A stretch of 64,000 nt of DNA, from NCBI GenBank assembly GCA_046155985.1, contig JBJXGM010000129.1, forward strand, positions 2,773 to 66,772. Direction: 5' to 3'. The notes under the pieces are model-generated. The model was given only the letters and a program-made list of their open reading frames with translations. It was not told where the DNA came from and ran no database searches. The translations under genes and the position numbers were made by a program. This stretch comes from Myxococcaceae bacterium (lineage in GTDB: Bacteria > Myxococcota > Myxococcia > Myxococcales > Myxococcaceae). Shown here piece by piece: positions 25,804 through 38,448 of the stretch (position 1 is the stretch's first letter; the number at the start of each line of letters is the position of its first letter).

Positions 25804-26910
25804 ATGGAACTGCGCATCGCCGTCGACGAACTCAAGAAAGCCCTCTATCGCGCGCAGGGCATCGTCGAGCGCAAGACGACGATGCCCATCCTCGCCAACG
25901 TGCTGCTTTCGGCCACTAAAACCGGCCTCACGCTGACAGCTTTCGATCTCGATATTGGTTTGGTGAGTGAACACAACGCCGAAGTGACAAAACCAGGCGC
26001 TGTCACCGTTCCGGCAAAATACCTTTTCGACATCGTTCAAAGTCTTTCGGACGCGCACCTCACCCTGCGGCGGTTGCCCAACCACCACATTGAAATCGAG
26101 AGTGGAAAGTCTCATTTCCGTTTGGTTGGACTCACGGCCGATGACTACCCAAAGCTTCCGCAAGCCGAGAGCGCCAGCTGGGTGCCTGTGTCGGGGCCGA
26201 CACTGCTCGAGATGGTGAAGAAAACCCAATACGCCATCTCCACCGATGAAACGCGCTACATTCTAAACGGCGTATTTTTCGAGTCAGGCGCGGGTCAAAA
26301 GTCGCGCATGGTGGCCACCGACGGGCACAGGCTGTGTTTGGTCGAGCGTGACCTGCCTGGCGATTTCAAACTCAAATCCGGCGTCATTTTGCCGCGCAAA
26401 GGGCTTCTGGAATTGCGCCGGCTCATTGACGAGGCCCCCGAAGCCGCCTGTCAGTTGGGATTTGCCGAAGGCTCGGCCCTGTTTCGAAAGCCTGGCCTCA
26501 CGATGGTGATGCGTCTCATTGATGGCCAGTTTCCCGAGTACCAAAGGGTCATTCCCAAAGAGGGCGAAAAGAAAGTGCAGTTACCGCGTTCACGGTTGCT
26601 CGACGCCCTTAAACGCGCGTCCTTGCTGTCCGCAGACAAGTCCAACGCCGTCAAAGTGACGTTGCTCGAGAACACGCTTCGCATCACGTCGCAGAATCCT
26701 GATTTGGGCGAGGCGAAGGAAGACATTGAGGTCAAGTACAAGGGCGGTGACCTCACCATCGGGTTTAACGCGCGCTACATCATCGACGTTTTAGGCGCCT
26801 TGGATACCGAGCAAGTCGTATTTGAATTGGGCGATGAACACAGCCCTGGCGTGTTGCACGCGCCAGACGACCGCAGCTACCTCGCTGTGGTCATGCCGAT
26901 GCGCGTCTGA
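25804..26910 (+). CDS. dnaN: DNA polymerase III beta sliding clamp
   Basis: The protein is 368 aa. It reads MELRIAVDELKKALYRAQGIVERKTTMPILANVLL … DGHRL … LIDGQFPEYQRVIP … MPMRV. Confidence 0.97.
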   Translation: MELRIAVDELKKALYRAQGIVERKTTMPILANVLLSATKTGLTLTAFDLDIGLVSEHNAEVTKPGAVTVPAKYLFDIVQSLSDAHLTLRRLPNHHIEIESGKSHFRLVGLTADDYPKLPQAESASWVPVSGPTLLEMVKKTQYAISTDETRYILNGVFFESGAGQKSRMVATDGHRLCLVERDLPGDFKLKSGVILPRKGLLELRRLIDEAPEAACQLGFAEGSALFRKPGLTMVMRLIDGQFPEYQRVIPKEGEKKVQLPRSRLLDALKRASLLSADKSNAVKVTLLENTLRITSQNPDLGEAKEDIEVKYKGGDLTIGFNARYIIDVLGALDTEQVVFELGDEHSPGVLHAPDDRSYLAVVMPMRV

Positions 26911-26913
26911 CCC

Positions 26914-27741
26914 ATGACCCTGCTCACGCTGCTGTGCGTCAGCCTGCTGTCGCAAACCGCTGCGGAGACAGAGGCCCAAGCAAAACTTTTGGTCGCCGAC
27001 TTGGCAGCGCAAGGCGTGGCGGATGCCGAAGCCGCAGCGATGACGGATGCCGTCGTCACCACGCTTCAGGAACGCGGCATGTTTCGCGTGCTTTCCAGCA
27101 AAGATGTTCAAACCATTCTCGGGGCTGAACGCCGAAGGCAGTTGGGCGGTGGGTGTGCACCCGGGAAAGACTGCGCTGCAGATTTGGGCACAGCCCTGGG
27201 CGCTCGATTTGTCCTGACAGGTGCGCTGGCGCAGATTGGCGGCACATACCAACTCACGCTGCAAGTCGTCGACACCGTCCGCAGCGAAAGACTCGGCCAA
27301 TCGAGTCGGTTGGCAAAAGAACTGACGACACTGCGCCTCTTGATGCCTTACGCAGTGGCCGAAGCGACCGGTTCTCCCCTGCCCCCGCCGCCCTCGCGTG
27401 TGTGGCAATACACTGCGATTTCAGCGGGGGCGGGCGCGGTCGTTGCCGGCGGGGTGCTGGGGATGCTGGCCCTCACGCGGCAGCGCGTCTTGAATGACGA
27501 GCTGTGTCCTTCGGGTGTTGTCAGTGGGGCGTGCAGTGGGGTGAATCTTCGCCCGCTCAGCTACTACCAAGGCGAGCAGTCGGGCATCGGCCGAGACAAA
27601 ACCATTGCGTTGGCGATGATGGCTGCTGGCGCTGGGCTGGTCGCTGTCGGTCTCATTTTTATGCCCCCGCCCGAAGGTGGCCCGCGTGTTGCGCTGTCGG
27701 TGACGGGCCAAGGCGCTGCGGTGGCGGGCGAGTTCTGGTAG
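26914..27741 (+). CDS. hypothetical exported/membrane protein inserted between dnaN and recF
   Basis: There is a signal peptide (MTLLTLLCVSLLSQTAA), a globular domain and two C-terminal hydrophobic segments. No confident family was recognised. Confidence 0.6.
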   Translation: MTLLTLLCVSLLSQTAAETEAQAKLLVADLAAQGVADAEAAAMTDAVVTTLQERGMFRVLSSKDVQTILGAERRRQLGGGCAPGKDCAADLGTALGARFVLTGALAQIGGTYQLTLQVVDTVRSERLGQSSRLAKELTTLRLLMPYAVAEATGSPLPPPPSRVWQYTAISAGAGAVVAGGVLGMLALTRQRVLNDELCPSGVVSGACSGVNLRPLSYYQGEQSGIGRDKTIALAMMAAGAGLVAVGLIFMPPPEGGPRVALSVTGQGAAVAGEFW

Positions 27742-27753
27742 CGAGGCCAGGCC

Positions 27754-28887
27754 GTGCAGCTCTTGTCGCTTGGGGTTCGTGACTTTCGCAACTTAAGGCA
27801 AGTTCGATTTGAACCCTCCGCCCGCGCGAGTGTCATCGTGGGGCCCAACGGCCAGGGAAAGACGAATCTGCTCGAGGCACTCTATTTCTTGGCGACGCTC
27901 AAGGCCCTTCGTGCGCGCCGGCTCGCCGAGTTGGTTCGTCTGGGCGAGTCTGCCGCGCGTGTGGCAGCTCAGTTTTTGCTGGGTGGGGCCACGCGGGAAA
28001 TCGCCGTCGACATTCAACCGCCCTCACGAAAAGCATCCGTCGACGGCAAGCGCGCGGCGACGCTCGAAGACTACTTTGGTGGCGTTTCCGTGGTGTCATT
28101 CACGCCAGATGATTTGGACATCGTCAAAGGCTCGCCGGAGCAGCGTCGGCACTTTTTGGACCGCGCTGTTTTCAACCGCTGGCCCGCGTTTCTGCACGAA
28201 GGCCGCACTTATGCGCGGGCGGTGAAAGCCCGAAACCGGTTGCTCAAAGAAAATGCGCCCAACGAATACGTTTCTGCCTACGACCAGGCGCTCGCTCAGG
28301 CGGGGGCTCGGGTCTGGGTCAGGCGGCGCGAGCTGCTTTCCGAAATGGCGGGACCGACCGCACAGCGCTTCTCGGATATCGGTCGTTGCAAGGACCCCGC
28401 CCGTTTCACTTACGCCGCGCCGGACTTGGGCGTGGAATTCGCGAACACAAACGAAAGCGGGCTGACTGAGGCGTTTATCCAAGTTTTGAAGACGCAGCTT
28501 CCACGAGACCGAGAGCGAGGCTTCACCTCACTTGGACCCCACAGCGACGACGTCGACATCCATTTGGGTGAACACCCGGCCCGTGCTTTCGCCAGCCAAG
28601 GTCAACAGCGCGCGTTGGTGTTGGCTTGGAAAATTGCTGAACTCAATCGACTAACGGAAGTCCTGGGACGGGTGCCGATGCTCTTGTTGGACGATGTTTC
28701 GAGCGAGCTCGACCCCGAACGCAACGCGTTCCTGATGGATTGCATTTCACAAACGGCGGGCCAAGTGGTGATGACCACCACCGATGCGAATCTGGTGCGT
28801 GCCGTGTCGGCGTCCGACACGCGATGGTTTCGAATGGCCCAGGGCGAGCTTTTGCCGTGGTCGGACCGGCCCGCCTCAGCGGCGTGA
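27754..28887 (+). CDS. recF: DNA replication and repair protein RecF
   Basis: Motifs are FRNL…VIVGPNGQGKTNLLEALYFL (Walker A), the signature-like SQGQQRALVLAWKIAE and LLLDDVSSELD (Walker B). Confidence 0.95.
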   Translation: MQLLSLGVRDFRNLRQVRFEPSARASVIVGPNGQGKTNLLEALYFLATLKALRARRLAELVRLGESAARVAAQFLLGGATREIAVDIQPPSRKASVDGKRAATLEDYFGGVSVVSFTPDDLDIVKGSPEQRRHFLDRAVFNRWPAFLHEGRTYARAVKARNRLLKENAPNEYVSAYDQALAQAGARVWVRRRELLSEMAGPTAQRFSDIGRCKDPARFTYAAPDLGVEFANTNESGLTEAFIQVLKTQLPRDRERGFTSLGPHSDDVDIHLGEHPARAFASQGQQRALVLAWKIAELNRLTEVLGRVPMLLLDDVSSELDPERNAFLMDCISQTAGQVVMTTTDANLVRAVSASDTRWFRMAQGELLPWSDRPASAA

Positions 28888-28891
28888 AGCG

Positions 28892-29560
28892 TCAACTCTT
28901 GCCGTGAGGGGCTACATCGAAACTGTCGGCGGCCCGAAGCGTTTCCAGCCACAGCACGCCGTCGTTCCAAGTCTGAAGAAGCTTTAACGGAAGCTCCCCG
29001 TGAGACCATGAACCCGTGGGCTCTTTGAGCAGCGCCCGTGCCGCCACAGGGTCGGCGAACGTCAGGCGTGCAGTGCAGTTCCTTTGGCGAATTTCCACGT
29101 GTGTTCGGATGGCGCCAAAATCAAACTCAGCAGCCCCTGAAGCGTTCCTCATTTCGCCGGTGATGTGGTCGATGACCTCCATCAGCCCCAGGCGCAGCTG
29201 CCCTGTCTCTGCATTCTCGGTAGTCGTGGGCACATACAAGACACGATGAGTGGTGTCGCCGCGCGACGCCCACGAAGGCAGCGCAACCCTACGCAGGTAG
29301 ATGCGAGTTCGCCCGGCGACCTCTTGAAAAGCGATGTCTTGCTGCGCGAGTCGCAGTCGAACCCGGGGCGTTTGAGGTGAGTGGAGCGATAGGTAGCGGG
29401 CGCGGGCGGGGGTTTGGCGCAAGCGCACGCGCACATCGCCAAGGTCAGCGAAGTCATTCATACGCCGCAGCAGATCGGTATAGGCGTCCGTCGCCTCGCG
29501 AATCGGCAAGACAATGGTTTCTGTTTGGCGTCGGCCGAAGACTCTGTCTAGACCAAGCAT
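28892..29560 (-). CDS. hypothetical protein (222 aa)
   Basis: This is a clean ORF between recF and gyrB on the opposite strand. No recognisable motifs were found. Confidence 0.5.
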   Translation of the reverse strand: MLGLDRVFGRRQTETIVLPIREATDAYTDLLRRMNDFADLGDVRVRLRQTPARARYLSLHSPQTPRVRLRLAQQDIAFQEVAGRTRIYLRRVALPSWASRGDTTHRVLYVPTTTENAETGQLRLGLMEVIDHITGEMRNASGAAEFDFGAIRTHVEIRQRNCTARLTFADPVAARALLKEPTGSWSHGELPLKLLQTWNDGVLWLETLRAADSFDVAPHGKS

Positions 29561-29645
29561 TGCAGAAGGGATTATCGGCCCATCGTTGAGCTGAGTTTTG
29601 TCTCCGCCAACAAAGCCATATTCATATGCAATATCAGGATGTTAG

Positions 29646-33890
<4,245 letters not shown>

Positions 33891-33922
33891 CGCGTCCGTC
33901 GCTTCTGACCCACGGAGGCCCA

Positions 33923-34471
33923 GTGGTTAAAAAGCCACCCGCCGGAGCAGACGACGACGCCCGCCTTTTTCGCGACGCGATGCGTGACGTCAAGCCGCTG
34001 CCAGACGCTGACCGGAAAAGATTTGTGCCCGCCGCTCAAGCGCGCGTTGCTGCGCCGCCTGCGCCAAAGGGGCCTGACCGCTTTGGCGGGAACGATGATT
34101 CCAGTGACACCACGAGCGCCGGGGAATCCATCGACGTGAATGTCGCGAACATCCCCGCGGCAGAAATGAAGCGTCTTCGGCGCGGCGCCATCCCGATTGA
34201 AGCCGGCCTCGACTTGCATGGGTTGGTACGGGAGGAGGCTCACCGTGCACTCGCGACGTTTATTGAACGCGCTCGTGCAAGCGGGAAACGATGTGTCCTC
34301 GTCATCCACGGCAAGGGCATGCGCTCAGAGCGTGGAACAGCCGTCTTAAAGGCCAGCACCCGCACGTGGATGACCCAGGGGCCGCTGGCAGAATCGGTGC
34401 TGGCGTTGACTTCGGCGCGACCCCAGCACGGCGGCACGGGCGCGATATACGTTTTGCTGCGGCGGCGTTGA
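33923..34471 (+). CDS. Smr-domain endonuclease (SmrB/YfcN-like)
   Basis: The N-terminus reads DDDARLFRDAMRDVKPL. The Smr core reads LDLHGLVREEAHRALATFIERARASGKRCVLVIHGKG, followed by GGTGAIYVLL. The start is a GTG. Confidence 0.85.
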   Translation: MVKKPPAGADDDARLFRDAMRDVKPLPDADRKRFVPAAQARVAAPPAPKGPDRFGGNDDSSDTTSAGESIDVNVANIPAAEMKRLRRGAIPIEAGLDLHGLVREEAHRALATFIERARASGKRCVLVIHGKGMRSERGTAVLKASTRTWMTQGPLAESVLALTSARPQHGGTGAIYVLLRRR

Positions 34472-34509
34472 GGAGGGCGTGGCTACCCATCCCGAGATGT
34501 GGCGCAGAG

Positions 34510-35064
34510 CTACTTCTTTCGGGGGGGCAGCTCTGGCAGCTCAGCAGGAAGAATGAAGCCTTCTGGCGTACGATATGTCTTAGACCCATCGGGGGCGGTG
34601 TTCACTTCGCGCGGCTTCACGTCGATGGGTCGCACTTGGGGGGGCTTCACGTCGATGGGTCGAGATTCCTTCGGAAAACCCTGACCGGTGCCACCCGTCT
34701 CTATGGCCTTTTTCCAGAACTCCCTGGCAATTCCGAAAATGTTATCGCCCAAAGAGACGACGCGCGTGTTGGCACCATCCACGACTCGCCTTCGGCCCTC
34801 AGGTGTTAGAAAAATCGGCCGTGTTGAACCGGGGGGCGTGTAGGGTTCCGTGAAAGGTCCTGTCTTTGTGTCAGAAGCTTCTGCGAGCAGCCGACCGTCT
34901 GAATCCTCAACTCTGGCTGTTGCGCCACTAGGAATTACGGGTGACTTCACGCTGGTGAGGAATCCGGTGCTCATGCGAGTGCGACCTCCAAAAGGAATAT
35001 GAGATATCTTCGACGAAGCGGCTTGCGAAGTTTCTCGTGATTTAAGAACTGATAGATATTCCAA
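34510..35064 (-). CDS. hypothetical protein with a tandem PIDVKP repeat and a possible LysM-like segment
   Basis: The repeat is RPIDVKPPQVRPIDVKPREV, seen in the DNA as a direct repeat of ggcttcacgtcgatgggtcg at about 34610-34660. A LysM-like stretch reads RVVSLGDNIFGIAREFW. The start is uncertain. Confidence 0.45.
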   Translation of the reverse strand: MEYLSVLKSRETSQAASSKISHIPFGGRTRMSTGFLTSVKSPVIPSGATARVEDSDGRLLAEASDTKTGPFTEPYTPPGSTRPIFLTPEGRRRVVDGANTRVVSLGDNIFGIAREFWKKAIETGGTGQGFPKESRPIDVKPPQVRPIDVKPREVNTAPDGSKTYRTPEGFILPAELPELPPRKK

Positions 35065-35087
35065 CGGGTTGAACAGATGGAGACCCT

Positions 35088-35438
35088 ATGAAGGAGATGA
35101 AGCCCGACTTTCTCCGGGTCACTCTTGATCGCACGTCGCCGACGTTCGAAGCCGACCTCGCGGCTTTCGTGCGGCGGGCCAATACACAAAGCCTGCAGGC
35201 GGGTGGCGATACACCCCTGTGCGCGGTACGGGAAGAGGGCGATTTGCTTCATCTAGAAGCCATCCCGGCGTCATCAACGCCCGGGGGACAGCCTGCCGCA
35301 GAACAAGATATCGACGGGTACAAGAAGCCGAGCAAGGTTCCCGTAGACCTGAACGCGCCTACGAACGCCGAACAACCCCCGACGTCCACCACTTTGGCTG
35401 CGGACGTGAAAGCGCTCTTGAGAAAGTTCCGCGGGTAG
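35088..35438 (+). CDS. hypothetical protein (116 aa)
   Basis: An ORF with plausible composition. No family was recognised. Confidence 0.4.
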   Translation: MKEMKPDFLRVTLDRTSPTFEADLAAFVRRANTQSLQAGGDTPLCAVREEGDLLHLEAIPASSTPGGQPAAEQDIDGYKKPSKVPVDLNAPTNAEQPPTSTTLAADVKALLRKFRG

Positions 35439-35506
35439 CCAACACGTGCCCAGGGCGGGGCTAACGCTGAGAAATCGAGCGCAAAGCTCTCGGACGCCAA
35501 AAAACT

Positions 35507-36142
35507 CTACTTGGCGCCCGCCGTCGCGTCTTGAATCTCTTGCGCCGCCTTTTGAACCTCAGCCCCAGCAGCGGACAGGGCGGAAGCGGCCTGCGCCGCA
35601 GCGCGTTTCGCGAGTTCTTTTTGGGCTGCAACGCTCATGTTGGTGAGGCCCTGTTCGAAATCGCCGCCAACCATCTTGTCCATGTTCATGACGACTGAAA
35701 ACGCTTTGCCCATGAAGTCATTCTCGCCGTCCAACGACCAGGTGACGCGCGTGCCATTTGCCTCGGGCTTGAACGTGAAGACGGTTTGGTTCGTCGCCGT
35801 CATCGGGGCGATGAATTCCAGTTTGATGTCGATGCGTTCGTTGGGCTGAGCGGCGAGAATCGTCATCTTGCCCTCACCCACGTCTTTGTTGCCGCGCCAG
35901 GCATAGCCTGCGCCGACGCCAGATTGAGGCCCCGAATAAGTGCGTGTTTGGTTCGGGTCGCGTTTGTCCCAAGGCGACCAGGCATCCCACTGACGAAAAT
36001 CGTTCACGAGTCCGAAGACAACGTCCGGTGGTGCGGCGATGGTGGCCGCGCGTTCAATGTGAAAAGCCGCCGGGCGACTCGCGATGAACGCACCAAGGCC
36101 CACGATTGCCACTGCGACCGTCAGCAAGATTTTCTTCAACAT
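35507..36142 (-). CDS. SRPBCC (START/polyketide-cyclase-like) family protein with an N-terminal membrane anchor
   Basis: The anchor is MLKKILLTVAVAIVGLGAFIA. It is followed by IERAATIAAPPDVVFGLVNDFRQWDAWSPW, which is typical of SRPBCC proteins. Confidence 0.75.
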   Translation of the reverse strand: MLKKILLTVAVAIVGLGAFIASRPAAFHIERAATIAAPPDVVFGLVNDFRQWDAWSPWDKRDPNQTRTYSGPQSGVGAGYAWRGNKDVGEGKMTILAAQPNERIDIKLEFIAPMTATNQTVFTFKPEANGTRVTWSLDGENDFMGKAFSVVMNMDKMVGGDFEQGLTNMSVAAQKELAKRAAAQAASALSAAGAEVQKAAQEIQDATAGAK

Positions 36143-36215
36143 GATGCCCCCTGGGGTTCAAAACCCGGCGCGCCCTAGCACGCAGGCTCGTCCTTAAGGC
36201 CCTTAGGGGCGGAAC

Positions 36216-37121
36216 TCAACCGTTCAGGTGCCCTTCCGCCGCCCTTGCCGCGCTCCTGAGTTCTTGAAGATGAGCGTGGAACGGCGACAGCGCACCCGAA
36301 TGGGATTGAGACGACCGGTCCAGCCACACGGTGAGGCCCTGCGCCACCTCGCTTGCCTGAACCACGGCGGCAAGCAGCGCGCTACGGGCTTCAGTGTTCT
36401 TGATGTTGGTGATTTCCCTGACCAGGGCGTTCACGTGGGTGGTTGCCCAGGGATTGAACGCCTGGGCGACAAGTCCCTGCCTGAGTGCGCTGACGCTGGG
36501 GAGGGATTCCCCGCCGTTCGAAGGCTCAAGCGCAATCGGTCGGGTGTGCGCCGCCACGTCGTCGCTGGGGAAACGAAGCAAGCTCGCCACAATATTCGCG
36601 TTGGTCAAACCCACTTGCTGCTGTTGGAGCAAATTCGCCAATTCGCCATGGCCTCTCTCTCGGAGTTGCTGCTCGGCAGTCGCTGCCACCAACAGGTGTT
36701 CTCGCGAGAGGGAATGAAACGCACCGAGCAAGACGTCTCGCCGGCCGGCGTCTTGGACTTCGCCCGCCACCCTCGCGACGAGCCCCACCAGATCGACTTC
36801 CCTGACGTGGACAAAAAGCTCCATCATCACCGTGTGAACGGCGGCGACCTGGTCCTCAAGTTCGAGGAAAGCGGCCACCCCACGTGGGTCTGCGTGTCGC
36901 CCATACGCTTGACGGAGTCGCCGCAAGGCGTCCGGTTCGGCCTCATGCAGAAGGGGTCGCTCCACAGGAGGCGATTCGTGAACTTGAGCACCAAGTCGCG
37001 CGGCGGCGATGGCATCGGCGGGCTGCTGAACTGAATTGGCGAAAAATTGGCGCGCCACCGTGAATGCACGACGAAAGGCGGCCGGAATGGCGCGGTCTGA
37101 CATGCGAGGAACGGAGGGCAT
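36216..37121 (-). CDS. hypothetical protein (301 aa), paralogous to the upstream neighbour
   Basis: It shares segments with ORF 37125..37643, for example FLELEDQVAAVHTVMMELF against LFALQDQAAMVATLVMAVF. Confidence 0.55.
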   Translation of the reverse strand: MPSVPRMSDRAIPAAFRRAFTVARQFFANSVQQPADAIAAARLGAQVHESPPVERPLLHEAEPDALRRLRQAYGRHADPRGVAAFLELEDQVAAVHTVMMELFVHVREVDLVGLVARVAGEVQDAGRRDVLLGAFHSLSREHLLVAATAEQQLRERGHGELANLLQQQQVGLTNANIVASLLRFPSDDVAAHTRPIALEPSNGGESLPSVSALRQGLVAQAFNPWATTHVNALVREITNIKNTEARSALLAAVVQASEVAQGLTVWLDRSSQSHSGALSPFHAHLQELRSAARAAEGHLNG

Positions 37122-37124
37122 TGG

Positions 37125-37643
37125 CTAATCCAGGGCCCTGCCAAGCGCGCTTCTGGCGGTTTGCGCGGCGCGGTCAAATGCCAAGGCCTGCTGGTGGTAC
37201 CAAATCACAAGCGGAAGGTCCCATCTGGACGAAGCCTCGTTGCGTGCTTTCGGCAACATCTGTTTCACGTTGCGGCTCGTCAGATCAATTGCATGTAAAA
37301 GGTTTGTCCTCTGCGCGTCCGTTAGGCGGTCGCTTCCGGGCGCAGTACCCCTGGCGAGTGCTTCTGGGTCCATGACGCGGTGGTCTTTGAAAACCGCCAT
37401 GACCAGGGTTGCAACCATGGCGGCTTGGTCCTGAAGCGCGAAAAGCCCGTCGACGCCATTCCTTGCCGCGCTGGCCTCAAATGGCCCTAAGTCCTGAGAG
37501 AGTGGTCCCTTGCCGACCCCAGCACCACGAATTGCCGCAGCCGTAGCGTCGGGGCTCCTGGCGGCAAGAAAGCTGTCGCGGAGCCTGGCGAGCGCTCTGG
37601 CGAGCGGACGGCCGGCCGGACGAGAAGTGAGGGGGCTTGTCAT
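37125..37643 (-). CDS. hypothetical protein (172 aa), paralogous to the downstream neighbour
   Basis: See 36216..37121. The two genes are in tandem with a 3-nt gap. Confidence 0.55.
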   Translation of the reverse strand: MTSPLTSRPAGRPLARALARLRDSFLAARSPDATAAAIRGAGVGKGPLSQDLGPFEASAARNGVDGLFALQDQAAMVATLVMAVFKDHRVMDPEALARGTAPGSDRLTDAQRTNLLHAIDLTSRNVKQMLPKARNEASSRWDLPLVIWYHQQALAFDRAAQTARSALGRALD

Positions 37644-37749
37644 ATGCCCACATTATCGCCCGTTGCCCGAAAGAGGTTTCGGGGTGTCGACAGGGCGCCC
37701 AACCTCGCGTAAACGCTCGGCCGGCATTCTTAAGACTTTCCGAGGTCTT

Positions 37750-37820
37750 TGGGGCGTCGTCTAATGGCAGGACCTCAGACTTTGACTCTGAGTATCAAGG
37801 TTCGAATCCTTGCGCCCCAG
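37750..37820 (+). tRNA. tRNA-Gln (anticodon UUG), with no encoded CCA
   Basis: The cloverleaf was folded by hand:
- acceptor stem TGGGGCG/CGCCCCA
- D stem GTCT/GGAC
- anticodon stem TCAGA/TCTGA with loop CTTTGAC
- T arm CAAGG-TTCGAAT-CCTTG
- discriminator G. Confidence 0.9.
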
Positions 37821-37865
37821 TTCTTGCCCAAGCGATGAGCAGGTCATGTACCCCAAGGGGATGGC

Positions 37866-38390
37866 GTGAAAACGCTGCGTCTTTTGGCGATTGGCCATGT
37901 GACTGTTGCCGCGCTGCGCGAGTTCGAGGCGCCGCTCTTGGCGCATCTGGGCCTTCAAGTCACTTACGCAAAGGTCGTCTTGGGTGAGCCGACTTACGCC
38001 TTCAACAAGGACAGGGGACAGTTTCACAGCAACGCAATTCTCCGGCGGTTGGTCTCACATACGCAAAGCACTTCTGCCGTGTTGGGTGTGACCGATGTCG
38101 ACTTGTTTGTTCCAGACGCCCCGTTTGTTTTAGGGGAGTCTGACCGCGAGCACGGCGTGGCGCTGCTTTCCACGTTTCGACTGCGCGATGCTGCAAGCCC
38201 CGAGGTTTATCGGCGCCGCCTGCACACCGAAGCCATGCATTTGGCGGCGCACTTGATAGGGCTTTCTCCCTGCGAAGATGCCCGCTGTGTGATGTTTTCC
38301 GCCAGCGCGGCCAGCGAAGTCGACCGCAAGCAGGTGACGCTGTGTCACGTGTGCCGAAACGAATTCGCGAAACTCAAGGCTCCGGTTTAG
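37866..38390 (+). CDS. archaemetzincin-like (peptidase M54 family) protein with a degenerate HExxH
   Basis: The motif MHLAAHLIGLSPCEDARCVMF…CHVC fits the archaemetzincin pattern HExxHxxGx3Cx4CxM…CxxC. The Glu position is Leu (HLAAH). Confidence 0.7.
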   Translation: MKTLRLLAIGHVTVAALREFEAPLLAHLGLQVTYAKVVLGEPTYAFNKDRGQFHSNAILRRLVSHTQSTSAVLGVTDVDLFVPDAPFVLGESDREHGVALLSTFRLRDAASPEVYRRRLHTEAMHLAAHLIGLSPCEDARCVMFSASAASEVDRKQVTLCHVCRNEFAKLKAPV

Positions 38391-38448
38391 CGCGGTCCCT
38401 TGCCCCCTGGCCCACCCCACGACTTGGTTTGAACAAGAAACAAGTCGC

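Noticed and set aside
34600-34665. A short tandem DNA repeat (ggcttcacgtcgatgggtcg, two copies).
   Set aside because: It lies inside a coding region and simply encodes the PIDVKP peptide duplication. It is not an independent element.
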